64,000 nt of DNA from a virus. The notes beneath the pieces were generated by a model. That model saw nothing but the letters and a program-made list of their open reading frames with translations, was not told the DNA's origin and searched no databases. The number at the start of each line of letters is the position of its first letter. Within the stretch, counting starts at the first letter, position 1. The stretch is taken from positions 96,001 through 160,000 of the IMG/VR virus record IMGVR_UViG_3300027833_000013; one strand, 5' to 3'. Positions 56,338-64,000 of the stretch are shown here, in pieces. The position numbers were made by a program, and so were the translations under genes.

Positions 56338-57938
56338 GCTATAATAGCACCTTGTAATGCAAGTACTTGCCAACCATTAGTACCATAAATCATTGTAACA
56401 CTATCGTTAATATCGTTAAATGTAATAGTTGTTCCGTTTGCAAGTGTAGTTGGAGTAAGTGTTCCATCACCGCCATCAACAATCATTGCGATTGTTTTGA
56501 TTTGACCTGCTGTACCATTAGCTAGTGTGTATGCATCTGTACCAGTTGTTGTTATTTCCGTGTGCAGTGTTGTTACACTAATTGCACCTGGTCCACTAAG
56601 ACTTTGTACGTCACCAAATATACCGCCTACAATTTTAACATTACCTGTGCCGTTAGCACTTAGAGTTAAATCAGCATCAGCTGTAAATGAGTCTACAGTA
56701 TCAACTTTAAATACACCAGTTTCTGATAATTCTGCTTTCTTTAAATATGTAGCAATTAAACCGTTTCTAACATAAAAACACATTTTTGCCGCAATGTTGT
56801 TTGCTGATATGCTTACAACTTCTGACTTAACGCTAGTACCAACTTGTACAGCCGATCCATCGTAGCCTGACCAACTTATACCACCTAAGCTATCACTTGC
56901 TTGTGTAGCTGTAAATGCCTGCGCTGTACCGCGTACCTTAAATAAGCCTAATTCGTTTGCTATAGCAGTATCACCAGTGTTGGTGATATTCATAGCTGTT
57001 TGAGAAAACGCTCCGTGTTGATTTGAATATACAGATATTTGTTGTCTAGTTGCATCAGATGCAACATTTTTAAATAATTGTAGGTTTGCTTCAAAGAACG
57101 AGTTAATAGCAGTATCAATCGGGCCAGTAATTTTGCCAGCAACTCCGTCAAGTAACAGTGTTGAATCATCTCCAAATACGCTACCTTGTACATCGCCAGT
57201 ATGAAGACCTGTGCTATTACCTGTTAAGTTACCTACTAAGTTACCTGTTAAGTCGCCTACTACGTCACCTGTTAAGTCGCCTACTACGTCACCGGTGTGT
57301 ACGCCAAATGTATTACCGGTAATTACACCTGTTTGTCCGTCTATAATTCTTGTACTGTTGTCAGCATATACGCTACCAATTAGGTTACCTTCTAGATCAC
57401 CTGTAAATGTAGCTTGTCCTGCAACAGCACCATTGCTAACAATTTTACTTACACCATCTTCTGCAAATATATCACCTACAATGTTTGCAGTAACAGTTAA
57501 TGCGTTAATAGTTCTATTAGCAGTATTAAGCATTATTGAACTATCATCACCTATGATGTTAGCATTAAGGTCAGTACCGTCACCTTCTGGTGTTCCAGCA
57601 ACCCATGCTGTACCGTTCCATAATAATGACTCGCCTAATTTTGGACTTGCGTTAACGTTAGTTAAGTCATTAAGCTCTGCCGCGGCATTCTGCGCCGCCG
57701 TAATCCAATTAGCACCATCGTACTTGATAATATCATTGGTAGATGGACTTCCTGCACTTACATTTGCTAAGTCATTTAATGTTGAAGTACCTGCAGAAGA
57801 ATCAACAACAATACCACCACCTGTGGATCCGTCTCCTACATATAGCTTCTTGGTGTCTGTAGCATAGACAAGTTCGCCTTCTAAAGGAGTAATTCCTTGA
57901 CGTTGGCTGTCTGTGCCTCTTCTAATGCGTAAACTCAT
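56334..57938 (-). CDS. Tail fibre or tailspike-like protein with Mtd-N (major tropism determinant N-terminal)-type domain
   Basis: MSLRIRRGT...PLEGELVYATDTKKLYVGDG; LNDL.NV..KYDGANW repeats; GD/NLTG beta-helix repeats; AGGAG RBS and late promoter. Confidence 0.8.
   Translation of the reverse strand: MSLRIRRGTDSQRQGITPLEGELVYATDTKKLYVGDGSTGGGIVVDSSAGTSTLNDLANVSAGSPSTNDIIKYDGANWITAAQNAAAELNDLTNVNASPKLGESLLWNGTAWVAGTPEGDGTDLNANIIGDDSSIMLNTANRTINALTVTANIVGDIFAEDGVSKIVSNGAVAGQATFTGDLEGNLIGSVYADNSTRIIDGQTGVITGNTFGVHTGDVVGDLTGDVVGDLTGNLVGNLTGNSTGLHTGDVQGSVFGDDSTLLLDGVAGKITGPIDTAINSFFEANLQLFKNVASDATRQQISVYSNQHGAFSQTAMNITNTGDTAIANELGLFKVRGTAQAFTATQASDSLGGISWSGYDGSAVQVGTSVKSEVVSISANNIAAKMCFYVRNGLIATYLKKAELSETGVFKVDTVDSFTADADLTLSANGTGNVKIVGGIFGDVQSLSGPGAISVTTLHTEITTTGTDAYTLANGTAGQIKTIAMIVDGGDGTLTPTTLANGTTITFNDINDSVTMIYGTNGWQVLALQGAIIA
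57219..57293. repeat. 24-bp intragenic tandem repeat (2 perfect + 1 degenerate copies)
   Basis: ACCTGTTAAGTCGCCTACTACGTC at 57243-66 and 57267-90, degenerate copy at 57219-42; encodes GDVVGDLT/GNLVGNLT units. Confidence 0.9.
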
Positions 57939-57969
57939 TTGGTAACTCCTGATAATCTATTAGTAACAG

Positions 57970-57977
57970 TATTTATC
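57970..57977 (-). promoter_or_regulatory. T4-late-like promoter GATAAATA
   Basis: Reverse complement of tatttatc, intergenic, upstream of the fibre gene. Confidence 0.6.
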
Positions 57978-57990
57978 ATTTAGATAAGTT

Positions 57991-58314
57991 TCATGTGCCT
58001 TTCTTAAGAAAGTGTTTAGTACGTCTTTGCATATCATACTTAACTTTCTTAGTGTTGATCCTAAAATCAACATTTTCAATTACATGTTCATACTCTTCTA
58101 ATAGTTCTTCTAAACCGTACTCTATATCGTCAGTAGTTACATTAGCCTCTTGTTCACGAGCAACATCAATTTCCCATACCTTACCGTCAGTAAATGTAAC
58201 ATAAATTGCGTCAAGGTATGCAATTGGAATAGTTTTAACCTGAATATCTTTAAATACTTCGGGCCAATGTTTTACAACGTCCGGGTGCAGTCTGCCTTCT
58301 TTATTATCAGGCAC
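57991..58314 (-). CDS. Hypothetical protein (107 aa)
   Basis: ORF track; overlaps the upstream gene; GTG start. Confidence 0.65.
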   Translation of the reverse strand: MPDNKEGRLHPDVVKHWPEVFKDIQVKTIPIAYLDAIYVTFTDGKVWEIDVAREQEANVTTDDIEYGLEELLEEYEHVIENVDFRINTKKVKYDMQRRTKHFLKKGT

Positions 58315-58960
58315 TTGCTTTAGTCTTCTTAACAGCGGTCTTTTTTACTGTAGGGACTAACTCTTCTGCTTGTGCTCTTAGTGCTTTAGCTTCTTTGTAT
58401 AATGAATCTGCCTGTGAACGGTACTGTGCCGCTAATACATCGTCAGTTAATACTGTGTCTGTTGTTGTTACAGCTTCATCCATTGCTGATGTTGTGTTTG
58501 TGTAAGATGCCGCCGCTTGGGCTGAAGGCACTGGCTCATCTGAAACATTCGAAACTGGAGCAGTTGTACCATTAGGATCTTTAATAGCAAGATCAGCAAT
58601 AGTAATACCTTTTTGATCTGCCATAATTTGATTAAGTTCAGCAAGATTTATAGTTGTTTGGAAGTTTGGAGTCATAGTAATTCCAGAAGTTTCCGTTTTC
58701 ATAAGTTTGCCAGTTTGACTAAATCGTGCAAGCATATTAGAACCATCAGGCAGTTTAGTTCGCATCATTGCTGATCCTAACTCGTACTCTGATTGACCTG
58801 TTGTACTTTCAACTAAGTTAATTAATGTATCATGATCGCCTGCTTCGAGACTCTCTGTCATAATAACTAAGCAGTTAGTAGGATCATTTGGAATAACTCT
58901 AAACGCTACAATTGCTTTTCTGTTGTTAGCCAATCGACCAACGTGTTTCATATTTTGCAT
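58307..58960 (-). CDS. Hypothetical protein (~217 aa) with C-terminal coiled coil and Lys-rich tail
   Basis: Likely start MQNMKHVG with an AAGGAG RBS. Confidence 0.7.
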   Translation of the reverse strand: MQNMKHVGRLANNRKAIVAFRVIPNDPTNCLVIMTESLEAGDHDTLINLVESTTGQSEYELGSAMMRTKLPDGSNMLARFSQTGKLMKTETSGITMTPNFQTTINLAELNQIMADQKGITIADLAIKDPNGTTAPVSNVSDEPVPSAQAAASYTNTTSAMDEAVTTTDTVLTDDVLAAQYRSQADSLYKEAKALRAQAEELVPTVKKTAVKKTKASA

Positions 58961-58961
58961 A

Positions 58962-59210
58962 TTACGCTCCTTCTTGTGGTTGTTGCTGTGCGGCAACTGC
59001 CGCTAAGAAACTATCTAGTTTGTTGTAAGTTTGTCCGATTTGAACCATTTCATTTGGTTTAAATGCCCCACGTGAACTAGCAACATCGATAATTTGTTTA
59101 AGTGCTTGTAGGTCCTGTACTGAAAGATCTGCACCCGGCGCTTGTTCTGCCGATGGTGTTGCAGGTGCTTCAGTTACTTCTTCTACAGGTGCTTCTGTCT
59201 TTTCGTTCAT
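58962..59210 (-). CDS. Hypothetical protein (82 aa)
   Basis: AAGGAGAG RBS; CTAAATA late-like motif at 59244-50. Confidence 0.7.
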   Translation of the reverse strand: MNEKTEAPVEEVTEAPATPSAEQAPGADLSVQDLQALKQIIDVASSRGAFKPNEMVQIGQTYNKLDSFLAAVAAQQQPQEGA

Positions 59211-59246
59211 AATTCTCTCCTTGTATAGTATATATGCGTACTTTAT

Positions 59247-59510
59247 TTAGTTGTACTTCAAAAGTGGACAAGCCAACATGAAATAACTTAGTTCTTTAGG
59301 TTCTTCAAACCCTATTTTTAGAACAGGCCTTTGATCTAAATCAATTGCTGGTCCTATGTAGTACCTTCCTTTAAGATTATCTTTAACCCAATTAGTTATT
59401 GCGTCAAGAAGGTTATATGTCATAGGTATAGTGCAGTATTCAAAATGCGGAGGTGGTATTGTCAATGTTCTTAAATTAAATACATTTAATGGATTAGGTT
59501 CTTTTAACAA
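59247..59510 (-). CDS. Hypothetical protein (87 aa)
   Basis: Abuts the stop of the vWA gene; TTG start. Confidence 0.6.
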   Translation of the reverse strand: MLKEPNPLNVFNLRTLTIPPPHFEYCTIPMTYNLLDAITNWVKDNLKGRYYIGPAIDLDQRPVLKIGFEEPKELSYFMLACPLLKYN

Positions 59511-60791
59511 CTATGCTGCCTCGTCGTAGTGTACTGACATGCCAAATGGGCTTTCAAGATCTTTATCACGGTTGCTGTGAATAACAAACAGTGTATCACA
59601 GTAGTCTGCATCACCCCAGCTATCCCAAGCATACCCGTCTGTAAACATAATAAACTTCTTAGGCTGGATGTCATGTTCTTTCATATAATCCCAGTTGCAC
59701 ATAAACTCTGTACCACCGCCGCCCATAATTTCATAGTCTGCTAGTTCTTCGCCGCATGCAGGATTAAATTCTTGTTCGTTGTATACCTTTGTATCAAAGC
59801 ACCATACTTTAATGTTATAGTCGTCATACTCTTCCATAATACCTTGTACTTCACCTAAGAAGTCTGCGCCTTGCTGATTGCCAATTGATCCTGACATATC
59901 TAACGCAACACAAATATCAATAGTGTTATCAAAATTCATACCTGGGATAATTGCATTAGTGTGCCAGGCTTTGCGTGACGGACGAGTAAATGTAAAGTCA
60001 TTACGTATCGTTGACTGAATCTGTTGACGAATAAGTTCACGCCAGTTCATTTTAGGTTCAGTAATATCTTTAATCATACGTGCAATCTCTCCTGGAAGAT
60101 TGCCTGCCCCTGCGGCTTGTGCAGATGAAATCATACTTTCTTTAAGTTCGTCACGTATCTTTTTTAATTCTTCTTTAGAATAAGTAGGACGTCCGTTACC
60201 AGTACCTTCTTTTGTACCTTGTGGACCCTGCTTGTCTTTGCCATCTGGCCCTGGCTTTTCCCAGTCTACATGTTCGTCAAGTAGTTGTCCTAATGCATCC
60301 AATTCATCTTGGTCATATTTATTAAAGATGTCATCGTATACTTGCTCTGAACTCCACTTGTCGTATTTAAAGTCTTGGAAGATTTCAATTTGATCTACAC
60401 GTTCACCAATGCGATCACGTACTAGTACATTGTTAACCAAATAGTCGCATGCAATGTTGTAAATTTGTGCGTCTCGGTCTTCACGTCTTACAATATGGTC
60501 AAATACACAATGTAGAATTTCGTGTGCAATAACAAATTCAATCTGCTTGTTAGTAAGCATGTTAAAGAACTGTGTATTGTAATATAGATTCTTACCGTCT
60601 GTTGCCGCTGTAGGGCACCAATCGTCACATGTTTTAACTGCCATTCTAGTTGCCATGTTACCAAAGAACGGATGACGCAATAACAATCCTACGCGAGCAA
60701 TAATTACACGGTCATGTACTTCTACTTGCATATCAGCAAGTTCTTTTGCTGTAAGATCTTTTGGTGTAAAACCTTTAGTTTCAATAGTCAT
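59511..60791 (-). CDS. vWA-domain putative metallopeptidase (DUF2201-like)
   Basis: PTAATDG, AHEILH (HExxH), DMSGS MIDAS motif, GGGTEF, FTDG. Confidence 0.88.
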   Translation of the reverse strand: MTIETKGFTPKDLTAKELADMQVEVHDRVIIARVGLLLRHPFFGNMATRMAVKTCDDWCPTAATDGKNLYYNTQFFNMLTNKQIEFVIAHEILHCVFDHIVRREDRDAQIYNIACDYLVNNVLVRDRIGERVDQIEIFQDFKYDKWSSEQVYDDIFNKYDQDELDALGQLLDEHVDWEKPGPDGKDKQGPQGTKEGTGNGRPTYSKEELKKIRDELKESMISSAQAAGAGNLPGEIARMIKDITEPKMNWRELIRQQIQSTIRNDFTFTRPSRKAWHTNAIIPGMNFDNTIDICVALDMSGSIGNQQGADFLGEVQGIMEEYDDYNIKVWCFDTKVYNEQEFNPACGEELADYEIMGGGGTEFMCNWDYMKEHDIQPKKFIMFTDGYAWDSWGDADYCDTLFVIHSNRDKDLESPFGMSVHYDEAA

Positions 60792-60822
60792 TTGTTTTGC
60801 CCTTTATCTAACTGTTGTATAC

Positions 60823-60850
60823 AGTATAGCATCTTTGCAGTGTATGTCAA
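60823..60850 (-). promoter_or_regulatory. Sigma70-type promoter for the vWA gene
   Basis: Minus strand TTGACA (60845-50), 16 bp, TGcTATACT (-10 at 60823-28). Confidence 0.65.
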
Positions 60851-60861
60851 CCGAAATGGAA

Positions 60862-60885
60862 GGTAGAGCGCCTAAACGCCCTACC
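60862..60885 (-). terminator. Stem-loop after the AAA gene (terminator-like)
   Basis: Minus strand GGTAGGGCG-TTTAGG-CGCTCTACC, a 9-bp stem with one G-U pair, followed by a weak U tract TTCCATTT. Confidence 0.5.
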
Positions 60886-60894
60886 GTATACATA

Positions 60895-61980
60895 CTAGCT
60901 ACCATTAGCGGCTTGTATGTACTTACCATAACGCTCATGGAATTCATCAAAACATTCTACTTCGTCTGGGTCGATTGGAAGTTGATATTGTGTAATAGCA
61001 AGTCGAATGCCCATTACAACTAGTTCTGTTTCAAAGTTATCCATTGCAAAGCGCAGGAAGTTGCTAACTTTGTCATCAAACTTTTTATCGTTCTTGTCTG
61101 ATGCTTCTTTTAGCTCGTAGCAGAGTGAAACAGTTAAGGAATACATGGCACTGATTTCTTTAGTTTTCAGCTCTTTTACTTTCCCTGCTAGGATGTCAGT
61201 TGGGTTAGGCATGCTAGACGCAACTTTGCGATGCGCCATAAATTTGACAGCCAACCCTTCCCCTACTGACCCACTGATCAAATCAGTGGTTGTTTCATCA
61301 TCGTCGTCCTCAAGTAGTTCTGATACAAAAGACCATGAACGAGGCGTAGCAAATGCTCGACTAGGTGAACGCGGATCAAAGTCGTAAAGGTCTTTCTTAG
61401 CAAAAGTAAGATAACCTACTACGTCTCTGTGTTGGTCGTTATTAACTGCCCATTGAAACCAATCGTCAAAATCAACACGCAACTCTATGTGTACAAATCG
61501 ATTTGCTAACGGAGCAGGCATTCTGTATGTAACACCTTTATCGGCATCTCTGTTACCTGCGGCAACAAGTAATACATTGTCTGGTAGCTTGTATTGTCCT
61601 ACACGACGATTAAGAACTAACTGGTATGCCGCCGCCTGTACTGCTGGCGCTGCCGAGTTCATTTCATCTAAAAATACAACAACATAATCAAACTGTGCGG
61701 CAAACTCTTCTGTTGGAAGTTCTGCAGGAGGTGCCCATTTCATCGTATTATCTGATTCACTATAATACGGCATGCCCTTAATGTCTGTTGGATCCCATAA
61801 TGACAAACGAATGTCAATTAGATGTGAATTACCTAGTTCATTAGCAACTTGTCCAATAATGTCAGACTTACCAATACCCGGAGGTCCCCACATAAAAATA
61901 GGACGTTTCTTTTTAAATGCACGTACAATGCTTTTCTTAGCACTATTGGGCGTTACTTGACGTGTTACTAAACTTTCCAT
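60895..61980 (-). CDS. MoxR-like AAA+ ATPase
   Basis: Walker A GPPGIGKS, Walker B VVFLDE, AAGN, PLANRF (Arg finger), TPRSW; adjacent vWA partner. Confidence 0.9.
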   Translation of the reverse strand: MESLVTRQVTPNSAKKSIVRAFKKKRPIFMWGPPGIGKSDIIGQVANELGNSHLIDIRLSLWDPTDIKGMPYYSESDNTMKWAPPAELPTEEFAAQFDYVVVFLDEMNSAAPAVQAAAYQLVLNRRVGQYKLPDNVLLVAAGNRDADKGVTYRMPAPLANRFVHIELRVDFDDWFQWAVNNDQHRDVVGYLTFAKKDLYDFDPRSPSRAFATPRSWSFVSELLEDDDDETTTDLISGSVGEGLAVKFMAHRKVASSMPNPTDILAGKVKELKTKEISAMYSLTVSLCYELKEASDKNDKKFDDKVSNFLRFAMDNFETELVVMGIRLAITQYQLPIDPDEVECFDEFHERYGKYIQAANGS

Positions 61981-62038
61981 TTTGTATTCCTCTTACATTT
62001 AATATATGTTATCAGTGCCTACTTCAAACTATACATAT

Positions 62039-62067
62039 ATTATAGTATAAGATACAATTAATGTCAA
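62039..62067 (-). promoter_or_regulatory. Consensus sigma70 promoter for the AAA gene
   Basis: Minus strand TTGACA (62062-67), 17 bp, TATAAT (62039-44); GAGG RBS. Confidence 0.85.
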
Positions 62068-62483
62068 CCTTTTATTTCGTAATAGTTTCCTGTTTTTTCT
62101 TGTTCTGGGTGTTTACCTTGGTAGTCTAACACTGCCGCTTTAATAGCATCTTCTGCTAGTACACTACAATGAATCTTTACTGGAGGTAATGCTAGTTCAG
62201 AAGCAAGTTCGGTATTTTTTATTTTACCTGCTTCACCTAACGACATACCTTTAACCCATGTAGTTAATAAACTACTGCTGGCAATAGCACTGCCACACCC
62301 ATATGTTTTAAATTTAGCATCTTCTATAATGCCATTTTCATCGACTTTAATTTGCAATCGCATAACATCGCCACATGCCGGTGCTCCTACCATTCCAGTT
62401 CCGATGCTTTCGTCTTTGTCATCAAACTTGCCTACATTACGAGGATTCTCGTAATGGTCCATCACTTTATCTGAATATGCCAT
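62064..62483 (-). CDS. iscU: Fe-S cluster assembly scaffold IscU
   Basis: MAYSDKVMDHYENPRNVG, APACGD, FKTYGCGSAIASSS, LPPVKIHCS: all three Cys plus the HscA-binding LPPVK motif. Confidence 0.96.
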   Translation of the reverse strand: MAYSDKVMDHYENPRNVGKFDDKDESIGTGMVGAPACGDVMRLQIKVDENGIIEDAKFKTYGCGSAIASSSLLTTWVKGMSLGEAGKIKNTELASELALPPVKIHCSVLAEDAIKAAVLDYQGKHPEQEKTGNYYEIKG

Positions 62484-62509
62484 AATTGTAGTCTCTAGTT
62501 ATACTGTAG

Positions 62510-62517
62510 TATTTATT
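62510..62517 (-). promoter_or_regulatory. Late-like promoter AATAAATA upstream of iscU
   Basis: Reverse complement of tatttatt in the 36-bp intergenic gap. Confidence 0.45.
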
Positions 62518-62519
62518 AC

Positions 62520-62909
62520 TTAAATATTTTTATTTTGTCTATTTAAGGCTTTTGTTATTCCGTACTTACGAACATCACCAGAAAACAAACTTAGTTCTAC
62601 TGCCTTCCGTTCGTCTGTAACAACAATTCCATGTCTTCCTAAGAACCAAGGACAGTCGAGAAAGTTGTCCATCCAAATAAGAGAATTAGTTGTAAGTTCA
62701 AAGTCTTGCGGAAATGGTACATCATATGTTGCTAATTGCACTTCATCAACTACTACTCTAAGGCCTTCGTCTGTTAACCGCAAACCGCCTGTTTCTTTTA
62801 TTCTTGTGTTCTGCCACCATTGGGGCATATACTCTAATAAGGTACCTTCAGTAATTGCGATATTTAATTGTTTTAAAAATATCTTAGTGTAGGTTTCTTT
62901 CCAGTTCAT
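62520..62909 (-). CDS. Hypothetical protein (129 aa)
   Basis: ORF track; ATGA-type overlap with the upstream gene. Confidence 0.7.
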   Translation of the reverse strand: MNWKETYTKIFLKQLNIAITEGTLLEYMPQWWQNTRIKETGGLRLTDEGLRVVVDEVQLATYDVPFPQDFELTTNSLIWMDNFLDCPWFLGRHGIVVTDERKAVELSLFSGDVRKYGITKALNRQNKNI

Positions 62910-63196
62910 TCTTCTGAGACTAACTCGCCAGCAGTAAGTTTATATACTGAAAAGTCTGTACAGTCAAATGTATCGTTTAACTTTTTAGCTAAGTTGTGTG
63001 CATGTCCTGGATTGGAAAAACTAACTTTCTTATACTTTGGCCCAGGATAATTAGTAAGAATATTTGCACTTTTTAAATTAAAAGGCTTTCCTTTATGAAA
63101 GACTGACCAGATAGCTTCTGCAACTAGTACTTGTTCACTGCGATATGTTTTTTTGTCAATATGCTCTAAAATAACTGTTGGTTTAGGTCTACTCAT
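62906..63196 (-). CDS. Hypothetical protein (96 aa, MSRPKP start)
   Basis: AAGGA RBS and upstream GATAAATA. Confidence 0.7.
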   Translation of the reverse strand: MSRPKPTVILEHIDKKTYRSEQVLVAEAIWSVFHKGKPFNLKSANILTNYPGPKYKKVSFSNPGHAHNLAKKLNDTFDCTDFSVYKLTAGELVSEE

Positions 63197-63226
63197 ATAC
63201 GTTGTCCTTTTAATTAACTACGTATA

Positions 63227-63234
63227 TATTTATC
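63227..63234 (-). promoter_or_regulatory. T4-late-like promoter GATAAATA
   Basis: Reverse complement of tatttatc, intergenic. Confidence 0.55.
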
Positions 63235-63258
63235 TTTTTTATCCATTAAGTTAGTAGT

Positions 63259-63507
63259 TTACTTCCAATTAGTGCCACCGTCTAATTGTACTTCTATTGA
63301 GTCGTCGACACTTGATGCATTTTCTTTAACAAACACTTCTAGCTCACCATGCAACCGAGCCATAGTTATTCCTAGTGTATATGCAAGGTTCTTTGCCTGA
63401 GGCATAGTTAGCTTGATTTCTCGAGCATTACTAGCCTCAGCACTTTTTACTTGTTGAATAAAATTTTGTATTGCACTAGTGTTTAGTGGTTCAGATATTG
63501 TTGACAC
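63259..63507 (-). CDS. Hypothetical protein (82 aa)
   Basis: ORF track; overlaps the upstream gene. Confidence 0.6.
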   Translation of the reverse strand: MSTISEPLNTSAIQNFIQQVKSAEASNAREIKLTMPQAKNLAYTLGITMARLHGELEVFVKENASSVDDSIEVQLDGGTNWK

Positions 63508-63955
63508 GACTTAACTCCGTACGCATTTCAATATCTGTTTTAAACGGACCACTGTAGTTATAGCGTTCAATTGTGATTAGTTTAGGACAAAAGCTCTTTA
63601 CCCAGCCTTTTTCAAATTCAATACAATAATATCCTGCACAATAAAGACTTTTGCTTTTATTACTCTTTGTAAATAAGGGTAACTTATTTTTTACATCGTA
63701 CATTGGATTATGCGGAACACAACTAGTAGGAAAGCCGTGCGCCTCTTTATCGCCTATTGTTGGTGCATCGCCGGCTGTCCAATTAATCTTGCCTAGTTTT
63801 TCCTTTAGTTGATTAAAGTTGCCAAATACCTCTACGCCGGTACTACAGCTATAAGTGTAACATTCTTCATTAGCACTTAGTGTTCCTACTTTTTGTCCTT
63901 CTTCTTCAACGATCCAAAATTTACCTTTTAAAACTTCTTTTGCTTTTATTGTCAT
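63491..63955 (-). CDS. Hypothetical protein (154 aa)
   Basis: ORF track; PLFTK...CAGYY..W..SFCPK..GPFKT motif. Confidence 0.7.
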   Translation of the reverse strand: MTIKAKEVLKGKFWIVEEEGQKVGTLSANEECYTYSCSTGVEVFGNFNQLKEKLGKINWTAGDAPTIGDKEAHGFPTSCVPHNPMYDVKNKLPLFTKSNKSKSLYCAGYYCIEFEKGWVKSFCPKLITIERYNYSGPFKTDIEMRTELSRVNNI

Positions 63956-64000
63956 CCGGGGTACCTCGCTTGTAATGGTTCTGCAAATACCTGTGCCTGG
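63952..64000 (-). CDS. 3' end of a gene running off the window
   Basis: Minus-strand frame ...AQVFAEPLQARYPG* with its TGA overlapping the ATG of 63955. Confidence 0.45.
   Translation of the reverse strand, partial: QAQVFAEPLQARYPG

Noticed and set aside
56334-57938. Diversity-generating retroelement suggested by the Mtd-N-like domain
   Set aside because: No reverse transcriptase and no TR/VR pair with adenine-specific mismatches seen in the window; only the N-terminal anchor resembles Mtd
56527-62892. Plus-strand ORFs such as 57211..57867, 61145..61387 and 61772..61960
   Set aside because: Antisense shadows of the fibre, AAA and hypothetical genes on the minus strand
1-64000. Stop-codon reassignment, tRNA or rRNA genes, integrase or transposase, introns or inteins
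   Set aside because: The standard code gives near-complete coding density with TAA, TAG and TGA all used as stops; intergenic gaps are too short for such RNAs and no matching motifs were seen by eye

Overview
AT-rich, gene-dense segment of a large tailed-phage genome, most likely a T4-like or jumbo myovirus read in the standard genetic code. An IscU with the LPPVK motif and consensus sigma70 promoters hint at a proteobacterial host. The window has three blocks. (1) 1-20448, + strand: virion module with a giant structural protein (>4500 aa, open past the window edge), a small baseplate-type protein, three paralogous fibre or baseplate proteins and one more structural protein, with T4-late-like xATAAATA motifs before several of them. 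(2) 20505-56337, almost all + strand and nearly gapless: a ~36-kb chemical-tailoring island. It holds 12 radical-SAM enzymes of four architectures, 4 GT-A glycosyltransferase-like proteins, 4 SGNH-like proteins, 3 QueC-like PP-loop proteins, 3 methyltransferases, 4 2OG-Fe(II)-like oxygenases, 2 nitroreductase-like proteins, 2 PLP enzymes (one with (R)-amine-transaminase motifs), a flavin-dependent halogenase, a GNAT, a miniature adenylate-forming enzyme and a GMP reductase. Tail-fibre-type genes bracket it on both sides. (3) 56334-64000, - strand: an Mtd-N-type fibre, small hypotheticals, a vWA-metallopeptidase plus MoxR-like AAA+ pair, iscU and more hypotheticals. The best candidate for a new system is the island together with IscU: a phage-encoded, Fe-S-dependent hypermodification pathway, possibly decorating virion proteins or glycans. 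That role is inference. All calls come from reading motifs by eye; no searches were run.
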